This document shows, in pieces, positions 49,185 to 62,823 of a stretch of 64,000 nt of DNA. The stretch lies in contig PLLJ01000039.1 in the NCBI GenBank assembly GCA_003140935.1, positions 12,007 through 76,006 of the forward strand, given 5' to 3'. The notes below the pieces were generated by a model that was given only the letters and a program-made list of their open reading frames with translations, did no database searches and was not told where the DNA came from. The stretch comes from Candidatus Omnitrophota bacterium. Lineage in GTDB: Bacteria; Omnitrophota; Omnitrophia; Omnitrophales; Aquincolibacteriaceae. Positions within the stretch are counted from its first letter, which is position 1. The number at the start of each line of letters is the position of its first letter. The position numbers were made by a program, and so were the translations under genes.

Positions 49185-50285
49185 ATGGAAATAAAGGTGC
49201 AAAAAAGCGAATTGTTAAAAAAAATCAGCTTGGGGGCGAACATCGCAGCATCAAAACCAAGCACTCTTCCTATTTTAAATAACTTTTTACTTGAAACACA
49301 GAAAGACGGAAAACTTAAAATCGTCGCAACAGACATGGAGGTGGGGATATCAACCCTTTTACCCGTGGAAGTGCTCCAAGGAGGAAGCATTACTGTCCCG
49401 GCGAGGAAATTTTTTGACATTATTAAAGAACTTCCAGAGGGGAATGTTGAAATAAGCGTTACTAAGAACAATACTATTAATATTAAATCAGGAAAATCTA
49501 ATTTTAAAATTCTAGGGCTCGATAAAGAGGAATACCCTAAATTACCAGAATTTTCTCTTGAGGGGGCAATAGAGTTGGAGCAAGCAGTTGTGAAGGAGAG
49601 CCTCTTGTTAACTTCTTTTGCGATTTCTCATGACGAAACCAGATATGTTTTAAACGGGGTTCTTCTTTGTATTCAAGGGAGCCAGATCCGGTTTGTAGCT
49701 ACGGATGGTAGAAGATTGGCTTTTTATAAGAAAGAAACAAAACAAAAAAACACTAAAAACGTAGAGATGATTATTCCCTCAAAAACCATTCATGAACTCT
49801 TAAAACTTTTAGAGTGGGAGGGGGTGGTCAAAATTATTTGTGCCCAAAATAAGGTTATTTTTTGTTTTGAGGACACCTATCTCACTTCCAGCCTTATAGA
49901 GGGGAATTTCCCTAATTACGATCAAGTAATTCCCAAAGAAGAAAAAACCCAAGTTCAAGCGAACCGGGAAGAATTTCTTCAAGCGGTCCGCCGCGCCTCT
50001 CTTTTAACTTCTCCCGAAGCCCCCGCGCTTAAGTTTGATTTTATAAAAAACAAAATTATTGTTTCCGCAAAAACGCCCAATATGGGGGAGGCAAAAGAAG
50101 AACTCTCGGCAGACTTTAAAGGGGAGGAAATCACCATAGGCTTCAACCCCGGGTATTTCTTAGACGTCTTAAAAAATCTTTCCGACGAGAACATCAGCAT
50201 TTCCTTAACAAGTCCCGATAAGCCGGGGCTGATCAGGGGGCGCGAAGGATATCTTTACGTGATCATGCCGATGCAACTCAACTAG
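49185..50285 (+). CDS. dnaN: DNA polymerase III beta sliding clamp
   Basis: 366 aa, three-domain clamp pattern, position after dnaA. Noticeably AT-richer than its neighbours. Confidence 0.95.
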   Translation: MEIKVQKSELLKKISLGANIAASKPSTLPILNNFLLETQKDGKLKIVATDMEVGISTLLPVEVLQGGSITVPARKFFDIIKELPEGNVEISVTKNNTINIKSGKSNFKILGLDKEEYPKLPEFSLEGAIELEQAVVKESLLLTSFAISHDETRYVLNGVLLCIQGSQIRFVATDGRRLAFYKKETKQKNTKNVEMIIPSKTIHELLKLLEWEGVVKIICAQNKVIFCFEDTYLTSSLIEGNFPNYDQVIPKEEKTQVQANREEFLQAVRRASLLTSPEAPALKFDFIKNKIIVSAKTPNMGEAKEELSADFKGEEITIGFNPGYFLDVLKNLSDENISISLTSPDKPGLIRGREGYLYVIMPMQLN

Positions 50286-50318
50286 CTTGGGAAAAGGACG
50301 ATAATAGAACGGTTTATT

Positions 50319-53172
<2,854 letters not shown>

Positions 53173-53196
53173 TAAAGGAGAAAAAGGAAAGCTATC

Positions 53197-55710
53197 ATGG
53201 CAGAAGAAAAAAATTTATATGCGATGAATGAAAAGATCATCCTCCGGCCGATCGAAGAGGAGATGAAAGATTCTTACATCGACTACGCGATGTCAGTCAT
53301 TGTCGGCCGCGCCCTGCCGGACGTTCGCGACGGATTGAAGCCCGTGCACCGGCGTATTTTGTTCGCCATGAACGATCTTGGAATCACGCACAGCAAGGCC
53401 TACAAGAAATCCGCCCGCATCGTCGGAGAAGTGCTCGGTAAATACCATCCGCACGGCGATACCGCGGTCTATGATTCGATGGTCCGCATGGCGCAAGATT
53501 TTTCGCTTCGCTACCCGTTGGTGGAAGGGCAGGGAAACTTCGGCTCTATAGATGGCGATAGTGCCGCGGCCATGCGTTACACCGAGGCCCGGCTTTCAAG
53601 CATCAGCAACGAACTCTTAACCGATATTGATAAAGACACGGTTGACTTCGTCCCGAATTTTGACGAGTCTCTCGTCGAGCCGTCGCTTCTGCCTTCCAAG
53701 CTTCCCACCTTGTTGGTCAATGGTTCCACCGGGATCGCGGTCGGCATGGCGACTAACATCCCGCCGCACAATTTGACCGAGATCTCAAAGGCGATGATTG
53801 CGACGATCGACAATCCCGATGTGACCATTAAGGAGCTTTCCAAAATTGTGGTGGGTCCGGATTTTCCTACCGCGGGGCTTATTGTCGGGCGCGAAGGGAT
53901 CAAGCGGGCCTACGAGACCGGCCGCGGGCAGGTGGTTATGCGCGCCAAAGCAGCGATCGAAACCGGGCGCAATAAAAAAGACGCCATCATCATTACCGAG
54001 ATCCCTTACCAGGTCAACAAAACGAATCTGATCGAGACGATCGTGCGGTTGGTGGAAGACAAGAAGATCGAAGGCGTTTCCGACCTCCGGGACGAATCGG
54101 ACCGGGACGGTATGCGCGTCGTGATCGAGCTCAAGAAAGACGCTATCCCCCAGGTGATTTTGAATAATCTTTACAAGCATACTCAATTACAATCATCCTT
54201 CGGCGTGATCATGCTTGCTCTGGTCGATGGCCAGCCGCGCGTTCTTACACTAAAACAAATGATAGAGCACTTTATCGATTTTCGCGTCACGGTCATTATG
54301 CGGCGGACAAGGTTTGAACTGGACAAGGCGGAAAAGCGCGCCCACATTCTCGAAGGCTACAAAAAAGCGATCGCGAACATCGACAAAGTCATCAAGATCA
54401 TCCGCACGTCCAAGAGCCCGGAGCTTGCCAAAGAAGGGCTGATGAAAGCCCTCAAGCTGACGGAAATCCAAGCGAAGGCCATTCTCGAACTCCAACTTCA
54501 GCGGCTTACGCAGCTTGAGCGGCTGAAAATCGACGAAGAATATCTCGAACTGATCAAAAAGATTGAATACTACAAGTCGGTCCTCAAAAGCCGGCGCAAG
54601 GTTCTCGACATCATCAAGGAAGAGACGCTCGAGATCCTCAAGAAATACGGGGACGAACGTCGGACGCAGATCGTCGCCGCGGAAGGCGATATCGACATCG
54701 AGGACCTGATCGCGCAGGAAGACGTGCTCATTACGATCTCGCACGCCGGTTACATCAAACGCATTCCAGTCTCCATGTATCGCAGACAGAATCGCGGAGG
54801 AAGCGGAGTGTCGGGCGCGGGTGTCCGCGACGATGAAGACTTCATCGAGCACCTGTTCCTTGCCTCGACGCATGACTTCATCATGTTTTTCACCAACCAG
54901 GGGCGCGTGTATTGGCGCAAAGCTTACGACATCCCGCAGGCCTCGCGCCAGGCTAAGGGGAAAGCGATCGTCAACTTTCTTTCCCTCACGCAGAACGAAC
55001 AGGTTTCCGGATTTTTACAGGTCAAGGAATTCGACGACAAGCGGTATGTGCTCATGGTGACCGCCAAGGGCGTGATCAAAAAAACCAACCTAATCGAATA
55101 TTCGCGGCCGCGCTCCACCGGGATCAATGCCATCACCTTGCGCGACAAGGACGAGTTGGTAGCTTGTAAGATCACCTCCGGCAAAGACGAGATCTTTATC
55201 GCGACTCGCGACGGCAAAGCCATTCGCTTCCGGGAAGACAATGTCCGCGAAATGGGCCGCAATGCGACCGGGGTGCGGGGAGTCAATTTGTCGAAGGGCG
55301 ACGAAGTGATCGCGGCTGAGATCGTGAACCCCAAAGCGACGGCGCTTACCGTTACCCAGAATGGTTTTGGCAAAAAGACGCTTTTTGCCCAATACCGCGT
55401 ACAGTCCCGCGGCGGCAAAGGCATCATTAATATCAAGGTTTCCGACAAGAACGGCAAGGTGGTGAACGTCCTGACCGTTGCCGAGGAGGACGAGATCATC
55501 ATCGTGACCACAAGCGGGATGGTCGTACGGTGCCCCGTCAGCCAGATCCGTACTTCCGGTCGCAACGCCGTCGGCGTTCATGTAATGCGCCTTAAAGACA
55601 AGGACAAAATCGCCTCCGCCACGCGCGTAGTCGCCAAGGAAGAAGAAGCCGACGCGAACCAGCTCGAGCTTTTGAAAGACAAGGCTCCGGCGAAGAAAAG
55701 TTCCAAATAG
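53197..55710 (+). CDS. gyrA: DNA gyrase subunit A
   Basis: Active-site Tyr region [10 protein letters not shown], GyrA box, six beta-pinwheel repeats. Confidence 0.95.
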   Translation: MAEEKNLYAMNEKIILRPIEEEMKDSYIDYAMSVIVGRALPDVRDGLKPVHRRILFAMNDLGITHSKAYKKSARIVGEVLGKYHPHGDTAVYDSMVRMAQDFSLRYPLVEGQGNFGSIDGDSAAAMRYTEARLSSISNELLTDIDKDTVDFVPNFDESLVEPSLLPSKLPTLLVNGSTGIAVGMATNIPPHNLTEISKAMIATIDNPDVTIKELSKIVVGPDFPTAGLIVGREGIKRAYETGRGQVVMRAKAAIETGRNKKDAIIITEIPYQVNKTNLIETIVRLVEDKKIEGVSDLRDESDRDGMRVVIELKKDAIPQVILNNLYKHTQLQSSFGVIMLALVDGQPRVLTLKQMIEHFIDFRVTVIMRRTRFELDKAEKRAHILEGYKKAIANIDKVIKIIRTSKSPELAKEGLMKALKLTEIQAKAILELQLQRLTQLERLKIDEEYLELIKKIEYYKSVLKSRRKVLDIIKEETLEILKKYGDERRTQIVAAEGDIDIEDLIAQEDVLITISHAGYIKRIPVSMYRRQNRGGSGVSGAGVRDDEDFIEHLFLASTHDFIMFFTNQGRVYWRKAYDIPQASRQAKGKAIVNFLSLTQNEQVSGFLQVKEFDDKRYVLMVTAKGVIKKTNLIEYSRPRSTGINAITLRDKDELVACKITSGKDEIFIATRDGKAIRFREDNVREMGRNATGVRGVNLSKGDEVIAAEIVNPKATALTVTQNGFGKKTLFAQYRVQSRGGKGIINIKVSDKNGKVVNVLTVAEEDEIIIVTTSGMVVRCPVSQIRTSGRNAVGVHVMRLKDKDKIASATRVVAKEEEADANQLELLKDKAPAKKSSK

Positions 55711-55723
55711 GAGTTTCCACCCA

Positions 55724-56998
55724 GTGCTCGACCTAAAATTCATCCGCGAAAATCCCGATCAGGTTGCCCGAGGAATCGAAGCCAAGGGTGCCTCGGCCGA
55801 CCTCCAAGCTCTTCTGGACTTCGACCAGGAAAAGAGGGCTCTCCTGAAGCAGAGTGAGGAGCTTAAGGCCCGGAGGAACTCCGTAAGCGATACAGTCGCT
55901 CGAGTGAAAGCATCGCAAGGGAAGCTTCCTGACGAAATAATCACTGAAATGAAGACTGTGTCCCAGAAAATAGCTATTTTTGACGCCAAAGTGGGGGATT
56001 TGTCTGAAAAAATAGACAAGATATTGCTTTCAATCCCTAATTTGCCACTAAGTGATGTTCCTGTCTGCAAGGGAAACGAGGGTAATAAAACAGTCCGGAC
56101 ATGGGGCGAGCCGCGCAAAATAAGTTTTAAGGCTAAAGATCACCTCGAATTGGCCTCACAGCTTGGGCTTTTCTCCATGGAGAAGGGAAGCAAAATCACA
56201 GGGGCGGGTTTTCCCGTCTATTTCGGAATGGGCGCCAGGCTGGAGAGGGCCCTGATCAGCTTTATGATAGACCTTCATGTTAAAAAGCACGGTTATACCG
56301 AGGTCTGGGCTCCGGCCATTGTGAACCGCGCCTCTATGCGCGGGACCGGTCAGATCCCGAAAATGGAAGAAGATATGTACGCCTTGGCGGCGGGAGAGGG
56401 GGAAGAAAAAGGCTCTTATTTCCTCATCCCGACTGCGGAAGTTCCCATCACCAATCTCATGCGCGACGAGACGCTCGAGGAAAAAGACCTGCCTATTAAA
56501 TATACGGGCTATACCCCCTGTTTCCGGAAAGAGGCTGGCTCTTATGGAAAGGACACCCGAGGGCTCTCTCGCGTTCATCAGTTTGATAAGGTTGAAATGG
56601 TAAAATTCGTAAAACCGGAAGGTTCTTTGCAGGAATTAGAATCTCTTGTTAAGGACGCGGAGGATGTCCTACAGGCGCTGGAGCTTCCCTACCGAGTTGT
56701 TTTGCTTGGAAGCGGGGACATGAGTTTTGCGGCGGCGAAGTGTTTCGATCTCGAGGTTTGGGCCCCGGCGACCCAGAAATGGTTCGAGGTTTCGAGCTGC
56801 AGTCTTTTTACGGACTTCCAGGCGCGACGGATGAATATCCGTTACAGGAACGCCGCGACCAAGAAACTGGAGTTTGTTCACACCCTCAACGGTTCCGGAC
56901 TGGCGCTGGCCAGGATCGTCCTTTGCCTTCTTGAGAATTTTCAGGACCCCAACGGGCAAATTGTTTTTCCGAAAGCGCTTCAGCCCTATCTGAACTGA
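55724..56998 (+). CDS. serS: Seryl-tRNA synthetase
   Basis: N-terminal coiled-coil arm plus class-II core motifs. Confidence 0.95.
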   Translation: MLDLKFIRENPDQVARGIEAKGASADLQALLDFDQEKRALLKQSEELKARRNSVSDTVARVKASQGKLPDEIITEMKTVSQKIAIFDAKVGDLSEKIDKILLSIPNLPLSDVPVCKGNEGNKTVRTWGEPRKISFKAKDHLELASQLGLFSMEKGSKITGAGFPVYFGMGARLERALISFMIDLHVKKHGYTEVWAPAIVNRASMRGTGQIPKMEEDMYALAAGEGEEKGSYFLIPTAEVPITNLMRDETLEEKDLPIKYTGYTPCFRKEAGSYGKDTRGLSRVHQFDKVEMVKFVKPEGSLQELESLVKDAEDVLQALELPYRVVLLGSGDMSFAAAKCFDLEVWAPATQKWFEVSSCSLFTDFQARRMNIRYRNAATKKLEFVHTLNGSGLALARIVLCLLENFQDPNGQIVFPKALQPYLN

Positions 56999-57062
56999 CC
57001 GGGACTATTTTCGCCCCTTGATTATTCTTCCCGGAAAACATAGACTTTACCGCGTTTTTTAA

Positions 57063-57154
57063 GGAGAGATGCCGGAGCGGTTGAACGGGCGCGCCTGGAA
57101 AGTGCGTAGGCCTCGAAAGGGGTCTCCAGGGTTCGAATCCCTGTCTCTCCGCCA
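57063..57154 (+). tRNA. tRNA-Ser (anticodon GGA), type-II long variable arm, CCA encoded
   Basis: Acceptor GGAGAGA/TCTCTCC, anticodon stem CGCGC/GTGCG with loop CUGGAAA, T-loop TTCGAAT. Lies 65 nt downstream of serS. Confidence 0.85.
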
Positions 57155-57307
57155 TGTTTTCCATATATAGCAAATAGCAAACACTTTTCCGACCACGTTT
57201 TTATGAGAGATCCTTTCAGAAGGTGGCGGACGCGAGCCACGCATCGGGCTTGCCCGGGCCGAGAACCGTGAAATTGAGAAAGCGGGAACCTGGAGGAATA
57301 AGACCGA

Positions 57308-59362
57308 GTGATTCTTCAATACGTTGATCCGGGGAGCGGGTACGCTTTCTTGAATATGAGCGCGTGGCTGATCGCGCTTTTGGCAGGGTTTTTTGGGGCA
57401 TTCCTTTTCTTTTTTCGGAGAATATTTCGGTTCATAAAAAAACACAAAGGACCGCTGGTCGCGGGAATCCTCCTGCTGATCTTGGCGGGGACGCTTATAG
57501 GAGTGTTCATGACAAAGCCAGCGACGTCATTCGACAAAAAAGTCATTGTTCTGGGCATGGATGCGTTGAGCCCGAAGATCATCGAGCCGATGATCCAGCG
57601 GGGGAAGCTGCCCCATTTTGCCCGCCTCAAGGCCATGGGTTCTTATGACCGTCTGGCAACGACCAACCCGCCGCAGTCCCCGGTGGCCTGGGCGGCTTTC
57701 GCGACCGGTAAAAATCCCGGAAAGAACGGGATCTTCGACTTCATTAAAAGGAACCCCAAAACTTACGGGGTGGAACTTGTTTTTTCCGAGATGGACCGTG
57801 GCCGGCCCGCCCGCGCTTTAAAAGCCAAAGGATTTTGGGATTACACTTCCAAGCGCAAGGTTCCCGCCGTCGTGCTGGCCTGCCCGGACACTTTCCCTGC
57901 GGACAAGATTTTCGGGAAAATGCTTTCCGGCATGGGAGTCCCCGATATTCTGGGAACACAGGGGACATTCACTTTTTATACCTCCGAGCCGCTGAACGCA
58001 GGACAGGAAACGGGCGGGAAGGTTTTCTCCGCTTCCAAAGCGCCGATCCAGACGATGCATCTTATCGGCCCGAGAATGGCGGGACCCGGAGACACTCCCG
58101 CGAATGTTCGCGTTCCCTTTAAGCTGACTTTACAAGGTAAAAACCGCGCCGCGGTTGAATTCCAGAATAAAAGAACGGAACTGGAAGTGGGTCAATGGAG
58201 CGGCTGGAACGAAGTCGAATTCAACCTGGGTTTCTTCAAGAAAGCCAGGGGGATATTTAAATTTTATCTTGTCGAGACCGAACCGGAATTCAAGCTCTAT
58301 ATCAGTCCGATCAATTTTGATCCCCGGAGCCCTCTTTTCCCGATCTCTTATCCGGCGAACTATAGCCGGGAGCTCGCGGATCACCTCGGGCTTTACTACA
58401 CCCAGGGGATGCCTATGGACACCTGGGCTTTGAACGAAAAACGGCTTTCAGAAAAGGTCTTCCTTCAACAAGCCGAGGACGTTCTCAAGGAAAGAAAAGC
58501 GATGCTCGATCTCGAACTTGGCAGGTTCAAAGGGGGCATCTTGTTTTGTTATTTCGAATCCGTGGACATTATCCAGCATATGTTCTGGCGCTACACGGAT
58601 CCTCAACATCCTTTGTACGATAAAGACGCGGCGGAGGAATACAAACAAGAGATCGAAGCATGGTACAAACGCATGGATGATGTCCTCGGGGACGTCTTAG
58701 AAAAACTGGGACCGCAAGACACGCTGATCGTATTGTCCGACCACGGCTTCGGGGCCTTTCGAAGAACGGTTCATTTGAACAACTGGTTGGCGGAAAAAGG
58801 ATACCTCGTCCGGAAGGATTCCGGAGCAGCGTCCGGACAGACGTTGCTGAACGGGATCGACTGGTCAAGGACCAAGGCTTACGCGCTGGGCTTCGGGGGT
58901 ATTTACATCAACCAGAAGGACAGGGAATCCCAAGGAGTCGTGGAACCCGGCGAAGAAACAAAGGCTCTTAAGGATAAAATAGCCAAAGAGCTCGAAGCCT
59001 GGAACGACGAAAAATACGCCGCGCCCGTCGCCAAGAACGTCTACAGACAGGAAAATATTTTCCGGGGACCCTATGCCAAAGAGGCTCCGGACCTTTACGT
59101 CGGCTTTAGTCCCGGATACCGCGCCTCGTGGCAAACGGCCGTAGGGGGAATGGGGACAGGGCTTATCGAGGACAATCTTAAAAAATGGTCCGGCGACCAT
59201 CTGTTCGATCCCGCCACTGTTCCGGGCGTGATCTTTTCGAATAAAAAGATCGTTCAAACGAAGCCTTCGCTTTGCGATATCACGCCAACGATCCTGAAAG
59301 CCTCAGGGTACACCAACGAAGAGATCAAGGAGTGCGACTTTGACGGAAAGCCGTTGTTTTGA
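57308..59362 (+). CDS. Alkaline-phosphatase-superfamily enzyme (type I phosphodiesterase/nucleotide pyrophosphatase-like) with N-terminal TM anchor
   Basis: VIVLGMDALSP…TTNPPQSPVAWAAFATG metal-binding region typical of the Phosphodiest/AP superfamily. N-terminal hydrophobic helices. Confidence 0.6.
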   Translation: MILQYVDPGSGYAFLNMSAWLIALLAGFFGAFLFFFRRIFRFIKKHKGPLVAGILLLILAGTLIGVFMTKPATSFDKKVIVLGMDALSPKIIEPMIQRGKLPHFARLKAMGSYDRLATTNPPQSPVAWAAFATGKNPGKNGIFDFIKRNPKTYGVELVFSEMDRGRPARALKAKGFWDYTSKRKVPAVVLACPDTFPADKIFGKMLSGMGVPDILGTQGTFTFYTSEPLNAGQETGGKVFSASKAPIQTMHLIGPRMAGPGDTPANVRVPFKLTLQGKNRAAVEFQNKRTELEVGQWSGWNEVEFNLGFFKKARGIFKFYLVETEPEFKLYISPINFDPRSPLFPISYPANYSRELADHLGLYYTQGMPMDTWALNEKRLSEKVFLQQAEDVLKERKAMLDLELGRFKGGILFCYFESVDIIQHMFWRYTDPQHPLYDKDAAEEYKQEIEAWYKRMDDVLGDVLEKLGPQDTLIVLSDHGFGAFRRTVHLNNWLAEKGYLVRKDSGAASGQTLLNGIDWSRTKAYALGFGGIYINQKDRESQGVVEPGEETKALKDKIAKELEAWNDEKYAAPVAKNVYRQENIFRGPYAKEAPDLYVGFSPGYRASWQTAVGGMGTGLIEDNLKKWSGDHLFDPATVPGVIFSNKKIVQTKPSLCDITPTILKASGYTNEEIKECDFDGKPLF

Positions 59363-59364
59363 TA

Positions 59365-60594
59365 TCAGGAAATAATACCCGCGCCTTGTACCCGAAGGTC
59401 CTGTTCGATCACGAACCTTCCTAGCCCGTTCAGGGGCCCGGACCCTTCAACGATCGCGGGTTTTTCTGTCACGAAGCTTACCGCACCGGTCTCGTTCACC
59501 TTCAACTGGCAAGCGTTCGCCTCCAAGACCTCTAGCGTCGAAGAATTCATTCTGTTCCGGATCCCGGTGACGCGACCGCGCAACTCCTGAGTAGCGCAGC
59601 GCAGGGTTACGGGCGCACCGACCTTTAGCGGAAGATCGCTGATCCAAAAAACATTTCCAGAAAAACAAGTCGTTGGGGCAAGTGAACACTTGTTTTCTAC
59701 GATCACCTCACCCCGCGAAACCGGGACGGAGCCTTTGAGGACCAAGCCGATGCTTTCTCCCGCGGCAGCCTTCTTAGGGGACTTTCCAAAAGCCTCAATA
59801 GACCTGATCGCGGCGCTTTGCATCGAAGGCAGGAGCATGACCCTCTGGCCGGCAGAAACCTGCCCTGACAAGACCTGCCCGACCAGGATCTTTTGGCCTT
59901 GGATCTCATAAACGTCTTGAACGGGAAAACGGAGGCACGCGCGGGAAGAATTAACCACGGGCGCCAGGGCCTCCAGGGCTTCGAGGAGCGTAGGCCCCCG
60001 ATACCAGCGGGTCTGCGGACTCTTTTTTGAAATATTCACGCTTTCCTTGGCGGAGACCGGAATAACATTCAGGGGTTGGACGTTCAAATCTCTAAAAAAT
60101 TTCATCAAAGCAGCTTTTTTCTCGACAAAAGCAGCCTTTTCATACTTCACGAGATCCATCTTGTTGAAAACAACGATCAGTTTTTTGATGCCGAGCATGT
60201 CTATGAGAAAGGCGTGACGGCGGGTTTGCTCCTGAAGACCCTCAAGGACATCCACAATGAGGATCGCAGCATCCGCCTGGGTGGCACCGGTGAGCATGTT
60301 TTTAATAAATTCCACATGCCCCGGGGAATCGATGATCACATAATGGGCCTTCTGAGTTTTAAGGAAGACTTGGGTCGTATCGATCGTCATGTTATTTTCG
60401 CGTTCTTCCCGGAACTGATCCGTCAGATACGCCAACTCCGCTTCCTTGCCAAGATCCTTGCTGATGCTTTTGATCTCTTTCATCTTTCCGTCGGGAAGGG
60501 AATGGGTATCCAGAAGCAACCTGCCGAGCAACGTCGATTTTCCGTGGTCGACATGCCCGACCAAAGCGACTTTAAGAAGAGGGCGGCTCATCAC
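59365..60594 (-). CDS. cysN: Sulfate adenylyltransferase subunit 1 (GTPase)
   Basis: GHVDHGKSTL, DSPGH, NKMD GTPase motifs. CysN-like length without an APS-kinase domain. Confidence 0.8.
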   Translation of the reverse strand: MMSRPLLKVALVGHVDHGKSTLLGRLLLDTHSLPDGKMKEIKSISKDLGKEAELAYLTDQFREERENNMTIDTTQVFLKTQKAHYVIIDSPGHVEFIKNMLTGATQADAAILIVDVLEGLQEQTRRHAFLIDMLGIKKLIVVFNKMDLVKYEKAAFVEKKAALMKFFRDLNVQPLNVIPVSAKESVNISKKSPQTRWYRGPTLLEALEALAPVVNSSRACLRFPVQDVYEIQGQKILVGQVLSGQVSAGQRVMLLPSMQSAAIRSIEAFGKSPKKAAAGESIGLVLKGSVPVSRGEVIVENKCSLAPTTCFSGNVFWISDLPLKVGAPVTLRCATQELRGRVTGIRNRMNSSTLEVLEANACQLKVNETGAVSFVTEKPAIVEGSGPLNGLGRFVIEQDLRVQGAGIIS

Positions 60595-61430
60595 ATGTAC
60601 CCCAGACTGCGCAGCTTTTGCATGGTGTAGGCATTCTCTTTATCCTGAGCGCGGCCGCTCCGCTCCGCGACCCGGGTGGTTTCAAGCTCTTTAACGATCT
60701 TGCGGATCGTGTCGGCGCGGGAATCCACCGGGGAACAGCAGGAAGCACAACCAATGCTTCTATAGCGCCTCCCGTTCTTCGCCAGATAAAGATCCACGAT
60801 CGGGATCTTTTCCCGCTCCACGTATCTCCAGATGTCCAGTTCGGTCCAGTGGAGCATGGGATGGACGCGGGAATGTTCGCCTTTCCCGATCTCGGACTGA
60901 TAGAGGTTCCACAGTTCGGCCGGCTGGTCCTTGTAATTCCATTGAAAGTCAAGGGTCCGCGGAGAAAAATAGCGTTCTTTAGCGCGGATCCCGTGCTCGT
61001 CGCGGCGGATCGCCAGAAAAAGAGCCTTGAGGTCACGTTCATGGATGGTGCTCTTGAGGGCCTCGGTTTTCAGCGCGTGGCAGCAGGCGAATTTTTCTTT
61101 TTGCGGAGACATGCCGGCGCGCAATGCCGCCTCATTTTTACTGACGAGAAGATCCAAACCCCACTCCCGGGCGTAGCGGTCCCTGAAGGCGTAGATCTCT
61201 TTGAATTTGTAACTCGTGTCGATGTGGATAACAGGGAAAGGGATCTGTCCGAAGAAGGCTTTCCGCGCGATCCAAAGCATGACGGTCGAATCCTTACCGA
61301 TGGACCAAAGCAGGGCGGTGTTCTTGAAGCGGTTGTGAGCTTCCCGAAGAATATAGATCGTTTTATTTTCAAGTTCGCTGATAGGATCCAAAGCGGTCCG
61401 GCCTCCCCCTGAAAAAGGTGCATCTTGCAA
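60591..61430 (-). CDS. cysD: Sulfate adenylyltransferase subunit 2
   Basis: PAPS-reductase-fold PP-loop SIGKDSTVMLW. Overlaps cysN by 4 nt. Confidence 0.85.
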   Translation of the reverse strand: MQDAPFSGGGRTALDPISELENKTIYILREAHNRFKNTALLWSIGKDSTVMLWIARKAFFGQIPFPVIHIDTSYKFKEIYAFRDRYAREWGLDLLVSKNEAALRAGMSPQKEKFACCHALKTEALKSTIHERDLKALFLAIRRDEHGIRAKERYFSPRTLDFQWNYKDQPAELWNLYQSEIGKGEHSRVHPMLHWTELDIWRYVEREKIPIVDLYLAKNGRRYRSIGCASCCSPVDSRADTIRKIVKELETTRVAERSGRAQDKENAYTMQKLRSLGYM

Positions 61431-61606
61431 GGACGCATTTTAGTCTATCAGGCGACCGAGACCTAGAAAAAACCGACAGGGTCCTTGCGTAAATCCACGC
61501 AGAAAGTCCTGCCGCCCGCCCAACCCACTTAAAACAAAAAGCACTTTTTTATCTCGGAAGTTGCTTTATTTGTTATATTATGCCTCGCTTTAGCGGCTTA
61601 TTTCAC

Positions 61607-61701
61607 GGAGGGGTCGCATAGCCCGGTTTAGTGCGGCGGTTTGCTAAACCGCTGTGGCGCCTAAAGCGTCACCGGGGGTTCAAATCCCCCCCCCTCCGCC
61701 A
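61607..61701 (+). tRNA. tRNA-Ser (anticodon GCU), type-II, CCA encoded
   Basis: Acceptor GGAGGGG/CCCCTCC, D-stem GCA/TGC, anticodon stem GCGGT/ACCGC with loop UUGCUAA, long variable arm, T-arm GGGGG-TTCAAAT-CCCCC. Confidence 0.8.
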
Positions 61702-61855
61702 TTTATTTTGTTAATCAATGATGGCCAAGGCGGTAGCCAAGAAAGCCGCCGCCCTTGAACGGGAAGGGGATTTGAAGGGAGCGCTTGTCACAAACATCAC
61801 TCTTTTGATGTTTGTAAGCGCGGGTGGCCGACCTGGAGCGAAAGCGAAAGGCGCC

Positions 61856-61873
61856 AAATCCCCCCCCCTCCGT
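61856..61873 (+). repeat. 18-nt direct copy of the tRNA-Ser(GCU) 3' end (CAAATCCCCCCCCCTCCG)
   Basis: Exact repeat of tRNA positions 61681-61698, 175 bp downstream. Followed by a motif shared with the tRNA-Arg locus. Confidence 0.7.
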
Positions 61874-61971
61874 TGTTCTTATGAACAACGACGACATCGT
61901 GACGGACTAAGGAAGTCCACTTACGATGCTCGCCGCAGGCTGCGAATTGAAAAGAGCAGGAGATTATTTCT

Positions 61972-62536
61972 TATGACAAAACGTGCGAAAGCAAAAAAAA
62001 CCAAAAGATCTCCGGCAACGAAAAACGAATTGCCGGACCTTGTCACCATCATGACGAAATTCGTGGAAAGGCTCGAGACCCTGGAAAGAAAAACAGACCA
62101 GGTCATCGGCCGGATCACGGCTTTTCCGACCGAGGTGAGGCGTGCGGTGCAGGACCTTCAGCGGCCGCAAGCATCCTATTCTGCACAGCCGGCTCCGCGG
62201 ACGGAGCAAACGCCTCATCCAAACCAGGGCCAGCGCGAAAGAATTCTCTATCAGGCGGTTTGCGCGGATTGCCAAAAGCGCTGCGAAGTTCCCTTCAAGC
62301 CGAGCGGGGACCGTCCGGTCTATTGCCCGGAATGTTTTGCGATCCGGAAAGCCGGACATGTTCCTAAGGATTTGACCTCGCATGTTGTTGTGCCGCAGCA
62401 CTTAAGGGTGTTGCCGACTGCCCCCGGAGGAGAATCCAAGGAGGCGGCCGGAGCTCTCAAAGGCAAACAGCGCAAATCTGCGAAAAGCGGCAAAAAGCCT
62501 GTTTCCAAATCCCGCGGCAAAAAAAAGAAAAAGTAA
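61972..62536 (+). CDS. Highly basic hypothetical protein with central CxxC…CxxC zinc-ribbon and Lys-rich N- and C-terminal tails
   Basis: AGGAG 10 nt upstream of ATG. CADCQKRCEVPFKPSGDRPVYCPEC. C-terminus …KSAKSGKKPVSKSRGKKKKK. The longer ORF from 61718 is rejected (no RBS; overlaps the tRNA-derived repeat). Confidence 0.45.
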
Positions 62537-62823
62537 AACAAACGCGGGTATTTTTCAAGCGTTCGAAAAATCCACTCGCAGGTCCCTCTCCCATATTCTA
62601 AAAACACACTTCGACGTCTTTTTCTTCGGCGGGCGCTCTCGGCCCTTCCCCTCCAGCCAATCCCTCAAAAGAATAGCAGGCCGCCCTCGTATCTTTACAA
62701 GGGGGAAAAAAGTCAAAATAAAGAGCAAAACCGCTCTAGGCTAGCGAATCTTTGGAGATTACACTTCAAGCGGGTCCGAATGTCGCTTGGGAATGAAAGG
62801 CTTTGATCCCAAAGGAGGAGCTC

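Noticed and set aside
61607-61701. tRNA with a very long variable arm and a 9-C run, initially suspected to be tRNA-Sec.
   Set aside because: The anticodon loop reads UUGCUAA (anticodon GCU, Ser). The acceptor stem is 7 bp and the T-stem 5 bp, a standard type-II tRNA-Ser. No selA/selB/SECIS context.
61718-61971. Long version (272 aa) of the zinc-ribbon ORF starting right after tRNA-Ser.
   Set aside because: No ribosome-binding site. The extension covers the tRNA-derived repeat and hairpins of the intergenic module. A good AGGAG site precedes the internal ATG at 61972.
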